64,000 nucleotides of DNA, from the NCBI GenBank assembly GCA_036785375.1, contig JAWMAR010000361.1, positions 620,001-684,000 of the forward strand. The letters run 5' to 3'. Source of the stretch: Leucoraja ocellata (Eukaryota). Within the stretch, counting starts at the first letter, position 1; each line of letters opens with the position of its first letter. A program made the position numbers and the translations under genes. Below, one piece after another: positions 11,989 to 25,330 of the stretch. The notes beneath the pieces are model-generated. The model had not been told where the DNA came from. It worked only from the letters and a program-made list of their open reading frames with translations, and did not search any database.

Positions 11989-13647
11989 ATAATTTGATAG
12001 TAAATGTAACCTGATCATTTCTCCATAGCATTGTCAATTATGTGAAATCTTGAAAGTCTGGGCTGTACCGTTGAGATTATGAATAATTTAATTGAGGGAG
12101 TATAATGTTTTCTAATGGGAGGTCAAATATTTGCAAAACAGGACAACATCATTATGGAAATATGGTGCCTTGATAACTCGGAGTAACGTGAGATCGGTCA
12201 ATTCCACATTCCCTCACTGGGAGGGTTCGGAAGAGGGAATGATCAGAGATATTGACCTTAGTTGAAAACAGTGGTGAGTGAATCTAAATCTCTGAAATGT
12301 TATTGTACACTGGAAAGGAATGGGACCAACATTGGAGATAAGTTGCTTTGAGATAATTGATTTAACCCATTTCTAATTTTAGTTTGTGCAATGTTAGGTT
12401 GGCTGGAAATGGCTTGCATGAGCAAATATAAATGTCAGGGAATTTATCCTGTGTAATTATGGCTTCTAACTGTAAATGTTATGGTCAGTTAACTGCATTC
12501 TCTAAAGGCCTTATTCCAAAGGCAAGTATGAATTTAAGATGTCTATTGGCACCATTCTTGAGAATTATGTCGACTGTTGTCCCAATAGTATCTGGGAACA
12601 ATTATCCTGGAGTGCACCAAAGGTGCTCTCTGTGCTCTGTGACTCAGCAAAGAAATATGCTCTCAGACCCAACCAAAATACGAGGTGAATGTGGGGACAT
12701 TACTATCCACAGATGGGGGATCTTGAAGGAAGTCTGGCCGTTCTGGCCGGTCTCAAGGGTAAATCATTAAAGAGGCAGACTGTTAAAATCTGTGCATGAG
12801 TTAGTTTGGGATAGGATTTTTTATGTTGCATATTTCCAATGAAAAACATTATGTTCTTAAAGTGCTGCTGTGTGTCTGCCAGATGCCATGAATTTTGTGT
12901 AAATGGGTTTCTGTGTATATTTAAAGCTTCCATGTGAAATGATACTCTCCGCTGTGCCACGTCTGGGTTGGCAATGGAGCCAAAGGGACCCCCATGAGTT
13001 TGCCTTGGCAGGGGTGGTGTAAATGGGTGGGTGGGGGGGGGGGGGGGGCACCAAGCCTTGGTACCAATAAGTGAATGGGAGAACACGGAAAGCAGAAGAG
13101 GCTGCTCTTTTTACTGCGACGGTTAAGCCACAATGCATGGGGTCGGAGTACAATAACGGAAAGGAAGTAATTCCGTCATATTCAAGAAGGAGTTACCTGC
13201 TGACCTAAGCATTCAGCAAACATCTAGGGTTGCAACCATGTATTTTCCTATGTGTAGATAACACTATATGTTCATGTTTTATAATTTCTAGCAGCAGAAT
13301 TAGGCCATTTAACCCATCCAGTCTACCCTGCCATTCAATCATGACTGATCTATCTTTCCCTCTCATCCCCATTCTCATGCCTTCTCCCCACAACCCCCTT
13401 TCTAATCAAGGATTTGTCAATCTCCGTCTTAAAAATCTGTAGCAATGAATTCCACAGATTCACCTTCCCCTGACTAAGGCAAGACTGAACAATGCCTGAC
13501 CACTGCCTCCTGCAGCAAATGTCTTCTCAGCAGCACCAAGATATCCCATGACATAGACACTGCTAAAATGCCAGCTCTGCCATCCGTGGTCTCACCAATT
13601 TGCCTCTGAGCTATACCTTTTGCCAAATCAAGTTTGAATTCAAAGAC

Positions 13648-13860
13648 TTTAGTTTAGTTTAGTTTAGACATGCTGCGTGGAAACAGGCCCTTTGGCCCAC
13701 TGAGCCCGTGCCGATCAAATTTATCACCCATATACTAGTTCTATCCCACACCTTAATAACAATTTTACTGGTACCAATTAACCTACAAACCTGCCATCTT
13801 TGGAATGTGGTAGGGAACTAATACCTCCGGAGAAACCCACAGGGTCACAGGGAGAATGTG
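13648..13860 (-). mobile_element. HE1-like SINE, 5'-truncated
   Basis: (TTTAG)n tail and AATTAACCTACAAACCTG block. Confidence 0.8.
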
Positions 13861-13965
13861 CTTTCGTGAATACTTTGATATCCTTTGGCTTTTCTGATTT
13901 GCCATCAACTCTACCATGATTAAGTTGGACAAATAAAACCATGATTTCTACTCTAATTCAGCACA

Positions 13966-14215
13966 ATTCTTTACTCAGAGAGTGGTAGCGGTGTGGAATG
14001 AGCTTCCAGTGGAAGTGGTGGAGGCAGGTTCATTGGTATCATTTAAAAATAAATTGGATAGGCATATGGATGAGAAGGGAATGGAGGGTTATGGTATTAG
14101 TGCAGGCAGGTGGGACTAAGGGGAAAAAAAAATAAAAACAAAAAAAAAAAATTGTTCGGCACGGACTTGTAGGGCTGAGATGGCCTGTTTCCGTGCTGTA
14201 ATTGTTATATGGTTG
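13966..14215 (+). mobile_element. HER1-like CR1 LINE 3' end (subfamily 2)
   Basis: Near-identical to the 3' part of the copy at 53718-54318. Confidence 0.9.
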
Positions 14216-15557
14216 TATTAACACACAAGACAGTCCCAAGACAGATGGGACTGCCTAGCACAAGCATTATCAAACAGAAATTGAAGCCAAGCAACTTGAG
14301 GAGACATTTCCTCAGATGTTGGCATGAGGAATAGTTCAGAAACAAACTGAACACTTTTTAAAGGGAAAACAAAAAGTGCTGGTGTAGCACTCAATGGGTC
14401 AGGCATGGATGGTGAGGAAGTCAGTAGTCGTGATGGACTGGGCAGTGTTCACTGCTGTTTGTTATCTCCTTCATTTCTGGGCGTTATGAGTTGCAGATGC
14501 AACCAGTCATTTCTCTATTTAAAGAACCCTGTTCTCTATCTTCATCAAAGTGTCTCGCAGTCGAGTTATTTCAAACAGTAACATACTGCCCTCAGTACCA
14601 GCGCAGTCTGTGAACTCCTTTGTGTTATTATTTTGCACAAGCAAATAAGCAAAGAAAGATCTACACAATGAACTTCCTTTCTTGAAGGCAGTATCTCTCA
14701 AATGAATAGAAATACCTGATCAAACAATCAACTATCTCACCGCATAACACTCTCAATGTTTAAGGATGCTTGTACATATTTACGATACTGTAAAAATTAA
14801 AATCACTGCATCAATTGGTTTCCCTTTTACTGATTACATATTCAAAGAAGTCTCGAACGTTGATTATATACATGGTACTCAATCTATAAAAGCGTGAGGG
14901 CTCTTTATAATCATTTTACTCTTCAAAGCATTCATTGTCATGTTATTTTAGAGTATATTGCAGCATTTTTCGCACAATTAATGTTAGGCTAATTGACCAT
15001 TTCTTCCTGTTTATTATTCTCCTTCCAGGAATTGTGGTGAATTTAGAGAAAATTCAAAGATCACAGCCAATGCAACCACTATCTCTCCTGCCAACTATTT
15101 TAGAACGTTTAGAACAAACAGGATTGAACCTGGGTCCCTGGCGATGTAAGGCAGCAACTCTACCCCTGTGCCACTGTGCTGCCCCTCAGACAAAAGACAT
15201 GTGGACAGGTACATGGATAGGGAAGGTGGGCCAAATGTGGGCAGGTGGGACTAGTGTAGATGGGGCACCTTGGTGGTCATGGGCCAGTTGGGTCAAAGGG
15301 TCTGTATCCATGCTATATGACTCTACGATTCCATGACCAGTATGTACTCCTCAACATTTCCAACAATTACGCCCATCTTAAATAGTTTGATGTTGTACTA
15401 TATATTGAGGCAGGTGGCTAGGAAAACCATAACTAAGTAAATGTATTCTAATCACCATGGCAACAGCCCTTCCCCCCACAGGTTCACGCTGACCATCATG
15501 TACTGACCTACAGCAGCGTCATTTCCTTCCCTCTACATGCCTGCCATATCCCGCTGA

Positions 15558-15590
<33 letters not shown>

Positions 15591-15796
15591 AGCTGAAGCA
15601 ACCATTTGCAACCATCAAAGCACCCTGGGGCAGCCTACATGGTCACTAGTAGAGGATGTACATTCCACACAGGTAACATCCAAGGTCATGATTGAACTTG
15701 GGACCCCAGCTAATGGTAACTGTGTCACCCCCATCATCTGCTAAAAGTAGTATCACTTTTACTGTTAATACAAATCTCTTAAAGTACTCTACTTTC

Positions 15797-16062
15797 CATA
15801 TAACCATATAACAATTACATCACGGAAACAGGCCATCTCGGCCCTTCAAGTCCGTGCCGAACACTTATTTTCCCCTAGTCCCATCTACCTGCACTCAGAC
15901 CATAACCCTCCATTCCTTTCCCGTCCATATCCCTATCCAATTTATTTTTAAATGATAAAATCGAACTTGCCTCCACCACTTCCACTGGAAGCTCATTCCA
16001 CACAGCTGCCACTCTCTGAGTAAAGAAGTTCCCCCTCAGGTTACCCCTAAACATCTGTCCCT
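15797..16062 (-). mobile_element. HER1-like CR1 LINE 3' end (subfamily 2)
   Basis: (CCATATAA)n tail; reverse complement of the 53718-54318 family. Confidence 0.88.
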
Positions 16063-16339
16063 TACTTTCAGATCCTAACTTTAGTTTTTAGTTGCTGTGT
16101 ATAAGTGTTCCTCAGATAGCAAGACTGTGTGTACGTTCTCAGTTTCAACTGCCTTGGCTGACTACTCTACCAACTATAAGTTACCCACCACTGGCCCCAG
16201 CCAACTGCACCAGTTCCTTTATTTGTAGCTCCCAGACGATCTTCATTATCACTGATGTGGTCACAAAAGTGGCTCGTCGTGTGGTTATTGATTGGCATCC
16301 TTGGTCCTGCTCTCCTTCTTGACCACGGAGAGTGATAGA

Positions 16340-16982
16340 CACTTCCTAGTGCATCACAGGTTCTCACCTCCCACCATCAAAGGGGTTTAGTGGAATAGCT
16401 GCCTCAAAAAGTAACATTGAAATCTTGCACCAACCTGGCCATACTCTACCATCAGGAAGAAGCTAATGCCCTGTCCCACTTAGGAAACCTGAACGGAAAC
16501 CTCTGAAGACTTTGCGCCCCACCCAAGGTTTCCGTGCGGTTCCCGGAGGTTGCAGTTGGTTGCCAGAGGTTGCAGGTAGTGGAAGCAGGTAGGGAGACTG
16601 ACAAAAACCTCCGGGAACCGCATGGAAACCTTGGGTGGGGCACAAAGTCTCCAGAGATTTCCGTTCAGGTTTCCTAAGTGGGACAGGGGCATAAAGGAAC
16701 CTCGAAACCTTGACCACCAAGTTCATGAACAGCTTCACCCCGACAACCATCAGCGTCATGAACACGACACAACACTAACCTTAACAAATATGATCTTCCA
16801 TGGACTGTGTCTTTGGTTGCACTACACACTCTGTGTCTTGCATTATTCATTTATTGTACTCCTGATTATTTATATTTATCTAGACATGTATTGCCTCAAC
16901 GGGCCTATTAAGCTGCAGCAAGTTAGAATTTCACTGCTCCGTTGCCGATAGATATGACAGTTCAACACTCATGACTCTTGAC
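16340..16982 (+). mobile_element. Degenerate Rex1/Babar-type LINE 3' fragment interrupted by a MITE
   Basis: LPSGR..T.KFMNSF-like coding remnant on both sides of the MITE; (ACTCTTG)-like tail. Confidence 0.6.
16467..16691. mobile_element. PIF/Harbinger palindromic MITE, family A
   Basis: Near-identical to 4714-4939. TAA TSD at 16464-16466 and 16692-16694. Confidence 0.92.
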
Positions 16983-18079
16983 GTTTGCTTCTCATTGAAA
17001 TCTTATCAGGTGGATGCAAGCTTCTGCACTCTGCTGTACATTCCCCTGGACAGGTTTATCAGTCCAGTGTCCTCTTGTAACTTCTCTTTCAAGTCTTTTT
17101 GAGCTGCAATATTTACATTTGCTGTATTGTTGAAAGTATCATTCTTTATTAGTGAAACCACGTAAGGTTTAGAATATGTTCATGAGTTCTCGGAGTAGAA
17201 TTCGGCCATTCGGCCCATCAAGTCTACTCTGCCATTCATTCATGGCTGACGTAGTAATAATGATTGCTAAGGTATGTGTGAGAACTTGCTCTACTGTTTT
17301 TTTATCAAATGCAAACAGTGATTACATTCCAAAATAACTTAATTTGAAGTATGAAACTGTGTGATATCCTTAAAATAATATAGATAGTGATGGATAAATG
17401 TAGAGAGAGGCGAATGGCTGGTTCTGGATCAGATGAGAATGCTTTTACCTCTAAATTAGAACGTTTTGGCTGAAGTACCTCTCCTGAGAGTTGAACACAA
17501 AAACCTCGCCTTTCGTGGGACATGTCCTTGGGATTTTAAATGGGGGTAGTGAATTGCTGAACATGCAAGCTGATAGTGGTGCTGCAGCAAGGCAAATGTT
17601 TAGATCTTTGAGTTTGACTGCACATCTGTCCCTTGCCTGAAGTCACTCTCCCATTAACACATAAATAATGGAGTACACCCTTTGTCTCACTGTTACATTG
17701 AAAGCAGAATCTGGCTTGAATGCTTTCTCCTCTCTAAGTTCTTATGCGAGCGGGCTGGAGCGCGATATTTACTTTTGCTGACTTACAGGTTTTTTGGGTA
17801 GATATGAACAATTACATTGGCAGGAATAACCTTCAGATGTCTCATCTTTCTCTTTCAGCCTGTATTTTAGCCACATCAGTTTAGTTTAGTTTGGTTTAGA
17901 GATACAGCGCGGNNNNNNNNNNNNNNNNNNNNNNNNNNNNNNNNNNNNNNNNNNNNNNNNNNNNNNNNNNNNNNNNNNNNNNNNNNNNNNNNNNNNNNNN
18001 NNNNNNNNNNNNNNNNNNNNNNNNNNNNNNNNNNNNNNNNNNNNNNNNNNNNNNNNNNNNNNNNNNNNNNNNNNNNNNN

Positions 18080-18094
18080 AGTGGGACAGGGGCA
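18080..18094. mobile_element. Right TIR of a third family-A-type MITE emerging from gap 17913-18079
   Basis: AGTGGGACAGGGGCA followed by TTA. Confidence 0.65.
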
Positions 18095-18099
18095 TTAGA

Positions 18100-18645
18100 C
18101 TCATTCCACCTTGGCCTACGCGATCTCCTGGTTGTTAATAGATCTTCCCATTCCCATACTGATCTTTTTGTCTTGGGTCTCCTCCACTGTCAGAGTGAGG
18201 CCACATGCAAGTTGGAGGAACACCACCCCATATTTCACGGGCAGCATTTCTACAACCCAGCAGAATGAATATTGATTTCTCTAATTTCAAGTAAGTCTGA
18301 CATTCCTTCCCCCCCTTCTCCTCCCCCCCCCCCCCCCCCCATCCCACCATCCCCGATCCTAGTCTTCTTCCTACTAGTTCCAGTATTTGGATCCTTTTAT
18401 CCCCATTTGTAAGCACATCTTCCCCAGCAAGAATGGGCCATTATGGACTCCACCCTTTCTGAGGTCATCTGTTGCCGGCAATGATTTGTTCTGGCCTTCT
18501 CTATCTTTCAGTCTGAAGAAGAGTTCCGATCCGTAAAGTCACCTATTCCTTTTCTCCAGAGATACTGCCAGACCCACTGAGTTACTCCAGCTTTTGGTGT
18601 CTATCTTTGGCAAAAACCAGCATCTGCAGTTCTTTCCTGTACATT
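18100..18645 (+). mobile_element. Penelope-like element 3' fragment (degenerate GIY-YIG C-terminus plus terminal repeat)
   Basis: Homologous to 41517-42075 and to the reverse complement of 43235-43700. Degenerate hammerhead at about 18512-18540. Confidence 0.8.
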
Positions 18646-19333
18646 TTGTCTGCTCTAAGTTTAGCTGATTAATGAAGTGAATCTAACGTGATAATTTCTG
18701 CTGCGAACTGTGCTCCTTAACTCGTACGTCATTGAATGTTCATTGAACACGAAGAAATATGTACAACAGAAAATGTACTCAGACAAATGTTACCTTGTAT
18801 TTATAAAGGGAAAGTTTCCAGACTTAAAGCAACTATTCATGAAGGCCAGATTAAAGATTAAAGCCAATACATCAAAACTTTCAAATGTTAGCTCAAGGCA
18901 TTATATCAAAAGACCACATGTTTGAATATCGGTGTCACGTACTTCACATAACCAGCCACCTATTGAAATGGGCAAATAAATATGCTTTTAAGAAAATATA
19001 TGCAAACATTTGATGCACTTAATGTTGAGATTCCCCCATTACATCTCATTCAATTCTGAATGAATGGAGAAAGCTCTTGGAAAATTAAGTCACATTTTGT
19101 ATTTCGGGCTTGTGATATTGCACTCGGAGCCACCACCAGTCTTTCAGGTATGAACTGGCCATCGAGCCTCTGACGTGGTGGGAATGTGGTGTACAGCACT
19201 ATCTGGATGTGTGTCACCTCCCACAATGCTAAAGGCCAGAACAATCGACACCTTGGACTGAAACGGTAGCTGGACATTAATTGGCTTCAATAAAAAATTG
19301 TAAATGGCCCCTAGTGTGTGCAGGGTAGTGTTA

Positions 19334-19723
19334 ACCCCCTGTCCTACTTAGGAGACCTAAACAGCAACCTCTGGTGACCTTTCCCCCCACCCAAGGTTTC
19401 CATGAGGTCACCGGAGGTTTTGGCCGCTCTCCCTAATGGTCGTAAGTGGTTTCTGCATGATCGAGGCTTCATCTAGGTCGCTGCTATTTTTTCATCGTGT
19501 TTAAAACCAGCCTTGACTAAAAATAGGTTGCCGTTTTAAAAATCGATTATTTTTTAGTCGCAGGTCTAGTCGAAGCCGGTTTTCTTCATCGTCGAGGAAG
19601 GTTTTCAACATATGCATGGGAGGTGGTAGGAGGTTGCAGGTCACCTCGACCTTGATTTTTTTTTGGGTGGCGGGCAAGGTCACCAGAGGTTGCTGTTTAG
19701 GTCTCCTAAGTGGGACAGGGCCT
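19334..19723. mobile_element. PIF/Harbinger MITE, family C, inserted in an HE1-like SINE (19277-19815)
   Basis: TIR core CTGTCC(T/C)ACTTAGGAGACCTAAACAGCAACCTCTGGTGACCTT. TTA TSD at 19331-19333 and 19724-19726. The SINE sequence resumes after the TSD. Confidence 0.88.
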
Positions 19724-20632
19724 TTAGCGTGCGGGGTGGTTGCTGGTCAGTGTGGACCCGGTGGGCCGAAGGGCCTGTTTCTGTGCTGTATCTCTAAATT
19801 AAACTAAACTAAACTCTACATCGGCAGTCATGAAACTGCACATCACATGCTTACATGCGGGGGGGGGGGGGGGTCTCCGTGAGGCGGGGGGAAGAACAAT
19901 GGACAATGGGGACCCTATTTGGGGGTACTGCCGTGAGGTGGGGGAGGGGGGGAGAACAAAGTGGGATCGGGCGCAGAGGTACTTTGTAACTTTGTAAACG
20001 CCCTTTATGGGCGACTATTTGCATACGTTGGGCATGCAAGCAAAGAATTTCACTGTGACCTGTCACACGGTATAATAAAATATTCATTCATTCTCCTTGG
20101 TGAATACTCATTTAATACCTCATCTACATGATCTGATTCCAAGATACATTTCCCCAGTTATCATTGACGCTCCCCTCTCTTTCGTTACCCGTATGTTTTA
20201 ATGCTTGTGTTAAGATTCTCATTAATCCTATCTGCCAAGGACATCTCATGGCCCTGTTTAGGGCTTCCTACGTCCCTGCTTGTGTACTTTCCTGCCTTCT
20301 TTGTATGCCTCAAAGGCCCTGTCTGATTCCATCTTCCCAAACCTTACATATGGAAACCTTTTCCATTTTGACCCAATCTCCCACCTCACCCATCATCGCT
20401 GCCTCCCTCGCCTTGCCACACTAGTCCCTTCCCCCAATGGGAACATGCTGTTCCTGAAGCCTGAGCAGCTGGTTTATAAATTACTCCCACGTGTCAGATG
20501 CGGACTTGCCCGATAACAGCTGCTCCCAATTTTCTCTGCCGAGCTCCTTATTAATAACGCTGTAATTTTCTCTCCCCAATTTAATACTTTCCCCCAAGGT
20601 CCACATTAACTATCTAGAAACTGAAGCAGTAC

Positions 20633-20812
20633 GTGTAAAAAGGAACTGCAGATGCTGGTTTAAACTGAAGATAGACACTAAAAGCTGGAGTGACTCAATG
20701 GGTCAGACAGCATCTCTGGAGAGAAGGAACAGGTGACGTTTCGGGTCAAGACCCTTGTTCAGAAAATGTTACCTATTCCATTTCAGCAGATGCTCTCTGA
20801 CCTACTGTGTTA
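20633..20812. mobile_element. Fold-back Penelope-like mini-element (older)
   Basis: Minus-strand terminal repeat runs to the hammerhead core (20735-20762), then a short plus-strand arm follows. Confidence 0.75.
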
Positions 20813-21289
20813 AAACTTAAGGACAATTATTTAACACCCTCCCTTCTGCACCAACGTGATGGACTGCACTATCTTTTTGTTTCTTGCCTCACTGTCTCAT
20901 GGCATAGATAGTATTTCTGGGGTTACAACACCTGAGGTCCTGTTTTTTAACTTGCGTCCTCACTCTCTAAATTCTCATTAGAGGACCTTTTCTCCCTTCC
21001 GATCTATGTCATTGGGTGTCAATATAGACCACGATCAATAGCTGTTCACCCTTCTCTCTCAGACTGCCCTGTGCCTGCTCAGAGACATCGCTGACCCTGG
21101 CACAAGGGAGGGAATGCACCATCCTGGAGTCTCACTTACGGCTATGTCCTTTACTGTGGAGACTCCCATCTCTATTGCTCACCGCGACTTACTCCTGCTC
21201 TTCAACAGATCCAGTCGTACTCACACTGTTCCGGCTCCTCCGTGGCCATTGTCCCAACTATGCCCTAAGTCTTTGAGAGGAAGATTTCC

Positions 21290-21592
21290 TTTAGACTTTA
21301 CTTTAGAGATACAGTGCAGAAACAGACCCTTCAGCCCACCGAGTCTGCGCTGGCCAGGAATCACCCCATACACTAACACTAGGCATAATTTGCAATTTTA
21401 TCAAGGCCAATTAACCTACAAACCTGTACATCTTTGGAGTGTGGCAGGAAACCGGAGCTCCCAGGGAAAATCCACATGGCCACAGGGAGAATGTACAAAC
21501 TCCAAGGTAGACAAAAATGCTGGAGAACTCAGCGGGTGCAGCAGCATCTATGGAGCGAAGGAAATAAGCAACGTTTCGGGCCAAAACTCTTC
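21290..21592 (-). mobile_element. HE1-like SINE (21290-21503) fused to a Penelope-like terminal repeat (21504-21592)
   Basis: Direct junction ACAAACTCC|AAGGTAGACAAAAATGCTGG. Confidence 0.75.
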
Positions 21593-23122
21593 TTCATTTC
21601 TCTCTCCTCTTGACACCCCTTCACTCAGACATTTTTGTGTTTTGCGGTTTCATCAGTGAAACTGTTGGAAAATGTAATCTCATGCTCTCCCTCATACAAC
21701 TAGAAGGAGCATGTCACAGAATGCTTTTTATTCTTCTCATTAATATTTAGTCATGAGTTAGTTCCTCCTCATGGCACTGCCCAGGACAGGAACGTTACCT
21801 GGGGCAAAGTGCTGGACATGATTCTGTGCATCGCCCCTCTGTGGTATAATATATAATAGCAGCAATATATTTAGCATTAGGTGAAAGTACTGACTCCAAA
21901 CCAGAATTAGTCACCACACAAACAATGCACTTTCATGACCATTAACTGCTCTTAAAGTAGTTAATTATTGCATTGTTTGGTTGACTAAAATGTAGCTGAG
22001 AGTTGATTTATTGGAATAACATTTTCATTCAAGTCTCGGGAAGCCAAAGATATAAAGATTTGTCCGATCATCAGTCTAACTGAAGTCAGGCCAGATGTCG
22101 ATTTACTCCGTTGCCAACTTCCTGCTGCAGAGTTATTTTAAAGCAGCAAATGATGGAATAGATGGTAAAAAGGACATTAGGTGTGCTTTGTTGGCACATC
22201 ATTGTTAAAGTCAAGTTAACTGTAGCAAATCCTTCCAGACCTCTCATTAGATTGTTTACATTTTCGAATGACAAGGACGGCTCAGTTCCTAACTTCCTCA
22301 ATGATTAAAGACGGGTTTAAGGCGAGGTGGGAGAATTTAATGGGAATTTGAGGGGTCACTTTTTCACACAGGTGAGTGTATGGAACGAGCAGCTGGAGGT
22401 GGCCATTGAGGCAGGTGGTATCATTTCTTGCCTGTGGTGGGCTCCTGAAAACTTGAGAATGAGAACTTAAGAATGGTAAATGTGGCCTTCGTGTGTTCAC
22501 TTGGTTACGTAGTCAAACAGTGTAGTTTGTGTTGAATTGAATGCACACAGTTCTCAATAAAGAGTTGGCAGAAACTCCATAGGAATTGGCTTTCAGCTCA
22601 AAACTGTCCTCAGCATGCTGTACTGATAACAAGTTGCTGGAAGTCCAGAATGTCCCACGACAGAAAGGGGAGGAGTTGTACAGTTTGATAGCCACATGGA
22701 AGAAGAAAGATCCAAAGTATTTATATTTAATAAATCTACAAGCGCACAACGGGTCCAGTGAAATTCATGTGTACTGTAATAATTCATCTAGATTACTTCG
22801 ACAGGACCTGCCAAATCCCGATCCTCCATCACCAAGGGAGGGGGGGAGGTGGTATAGGCCAGATAGATCATGAGAATCTCCTGCAAGTTTCCCTTCCAAA
22901 CCACACGTCATCCTGACTTGGGCCTATATCGTTATCTCTTCATTGTTGCTGGGTCAGACCCTGGAACTCCCTGACCTATGGCGCAGTGCGAGGGCCTTCA
23001 CCAGAAAGATTGCTGCGATTCGAGAAGGAAGCCCACCACCATCATCTATTGGGGTTGTTCGCATGAAGGGGCTCAACCCAAAATGTCGACAATTCCTTTC
23101 TCTCCACAGATGCTGCTTGACC

Positions 23123-23411
23123 CAGGGCCGGCCTTAAGCCAATTGGACCAATTGCTCCCAATTGGGCCCCGCGCCTAAGGGGGCCCCACGCTAGAGTAAT
23201 CTACTCTCGATGTACTTTTCAGAGGCGATCTATACATTTTGTTTGTTACTTGTAGGCTTACATGTATGCAATTTTATATTAAAATGATGTAGCTTAGATA
23301 GAATATCTATAATAGACTTTATTTATATTTCTATGATTCTACAGACCTGGGAACCTGGAGATCACCAACATTGTTCCCAATTGGGCCCCGTACCTCCTAA
23401 GGCCAGCCCTG
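23123..23411. mobile_element. hAT-type MITE
   Basis: TIR CAGGGCCGGCCTTA / TAAGGCCAGCCCTG. Perfect 8-bp TSD GCTTGACC at 23115-23122 and 23412-23419. Inserted in a PLE tail. Confidence 0.92.
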
Positions 23412-24172
23412 GCTTGACCCATTGCTTCTGTTAGGATTGCACACTCAATATTGGCACTGCTGATAATGCTTTATTACCTAACAAGAATACAAGAAAGAAC
23501 AAGACGGGCATAAGCGTTGCAAGAAATTGCTGACATATCGCAGCCATTTTCTGATCCCTTGTTAATTCCTTTTCAAATTGATGATGATCATTAAACCTTA
23601 TACCTCCATATTCATAGCAATACTTACAAAAACTTATATTTGCCGCCTCAGTTTTGTTGTGTTTTAAATATATTTCATTAATTTGGCTACAGAATTATTC
23701 CATACAACCTGCCATGTCTGATTGACACTTCAGAAAAATTACTTCCACAGCTTTTGGACTGAAGAAGAGTACCGACCCAAAACATCGCCTATCCGAGTTC
23801 TCCAGAGATGCTGTCTGGCTCGCTGAGTTAGGCAAACCCCCAATCGAGAATCCTTGGCAGTAAGCTAACATGTAGGATTATTCTTGAAGAATACAAAGAA
23901 TATTCTTCAAGGCAGATCAACACATTAAGCACAATTTTCAGCCTTTATTGCATAGTGACAAACACTTAGTTTGTCTCAGAAATTTATTGCATTGTAAATG
24001 GCTTCAGTTCTTTGACTCATTGATTTGGTGGGTAATTAGTGTGAGAGTTCTTTGTTGCTGTATACTCCTCCACAGAATTGAAACAATTATTTTAAGTTGA
24101 TCCTACTCATTTCCTCACAAAACATGCTTTTACACAGCAGAAGATTAATGTAATGTAAATCATCCAACTATA

Positions 24173-24206
<34 letters not shown>

Positions 24207-25153
24207 CATTCCAGCTGCAATGCCAAACTTTTTTTTTAAAAAGTCACTGGAAGTAAGTTGATAAAAATTAAAAATATTGAATATATATATGAAATATATC
24301 CTGTGGAAACATCTATATTTTTAAAAGTCATGGTTTATTTAGAACTTTGTGCAGTCTTTGGGTAATTGGTTTAAAAGTCTAAGATAATCACAGAACCATT
24401 GCTGTAATAATTTTACTGGCAAAGGCGACAAGATGTTCTGAAATATAAGATTTTTCAGAATTCTTCTGAACAGGTAAAGTATTATTGTTTGAACTGTATG
24501 TCACTAATATCTAGGTCCTCCTTGGACTGAAGGGCACAGTACAATGTATCCAGTCAGCCTCCCATATGCTAATAGTTCATGTTTAATTTTATCAACAGGA
24601 GTTGGAGCGTGTAGATCCATTGGATTAAATGGTTAAACCAGAATGAGAAGTATGGTAAAACGAGAACAAGGATGGGTCCGGTGGCCACTGAGAACATAGC
24701 CCCTTGTGACCACAGGCCTGATTCGCCGCTGCAAAGAAGGACCCAGTGGGGGCCGCTGCCTACAGGCGGAAGCTCGGAAGCCCCGAAGACTGGTGCTTCG
24801 AGGAGGGAGCGGCTAGTGGGAGAGGGAGATGATGGAATCGAGGAGTGGCTCGCTGGGAGAGGGACCAGGGTATCACCTCCAGCGCCTTCAAGATCAGCAG
24901 TGGGAGGTGACCCCCAGGACACAGAGGCAGGTGGGCGAGGAGAGGGGCATCGGAACGTGAGCCTACAGTAGCCTGGGCCTTACCTGGATCAGGTGCGTTC
25001 CAGTACTTCCAGCATGTGGACTGCGGACTTTGCACTTTTTATTTTTTCTTTGTTAATGGCACCAAAATATGGCGACTGTGCGTTTGTGGGTTGTGCAACA
25101 TAATTTCACTGTGCAATTTCAAAGCAATTGGTCTGCCATTATCATACTGTGGC

Positions 25154-25330
25154 TGCAGCAGCATCTATGGAGCGAAGGAAATAGGCAACGTTTCGGCCCG
25201 AAACCCTTCCGGGTTTCGGCCCAAAACGTTGCCTATTTCCTTCAGGGTTTCGGCCCGAAACATTGCCTATTTCCTTCGCTCCATAGATGCTGCTGCACCC
25301 GCTGAGTTTCTCCAGCACTTTTGTCCACCT
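25154..25330. mobile_element. Fold-back Penelope-like mini-element with 2 x 34-bp central duplication
   Basis: Inverted arms; tandem units at 25207-25240 and 25241-25274. Confidence 0.85.

Noticed and set aside
14519-14715. Possible minus-strand exon
   Set aside because: Weak splice sites, and the sequence resembles an ancient SINE tail remnant.
22593-22787. Kelch-like peptide LDLSSSMW..PPLSVVGHS
   Set aside because: Another frame reads SFFFHVAIKLYNSSPFCRG, the Rex1-type LINE C-terminus, so this is a TE remnant.
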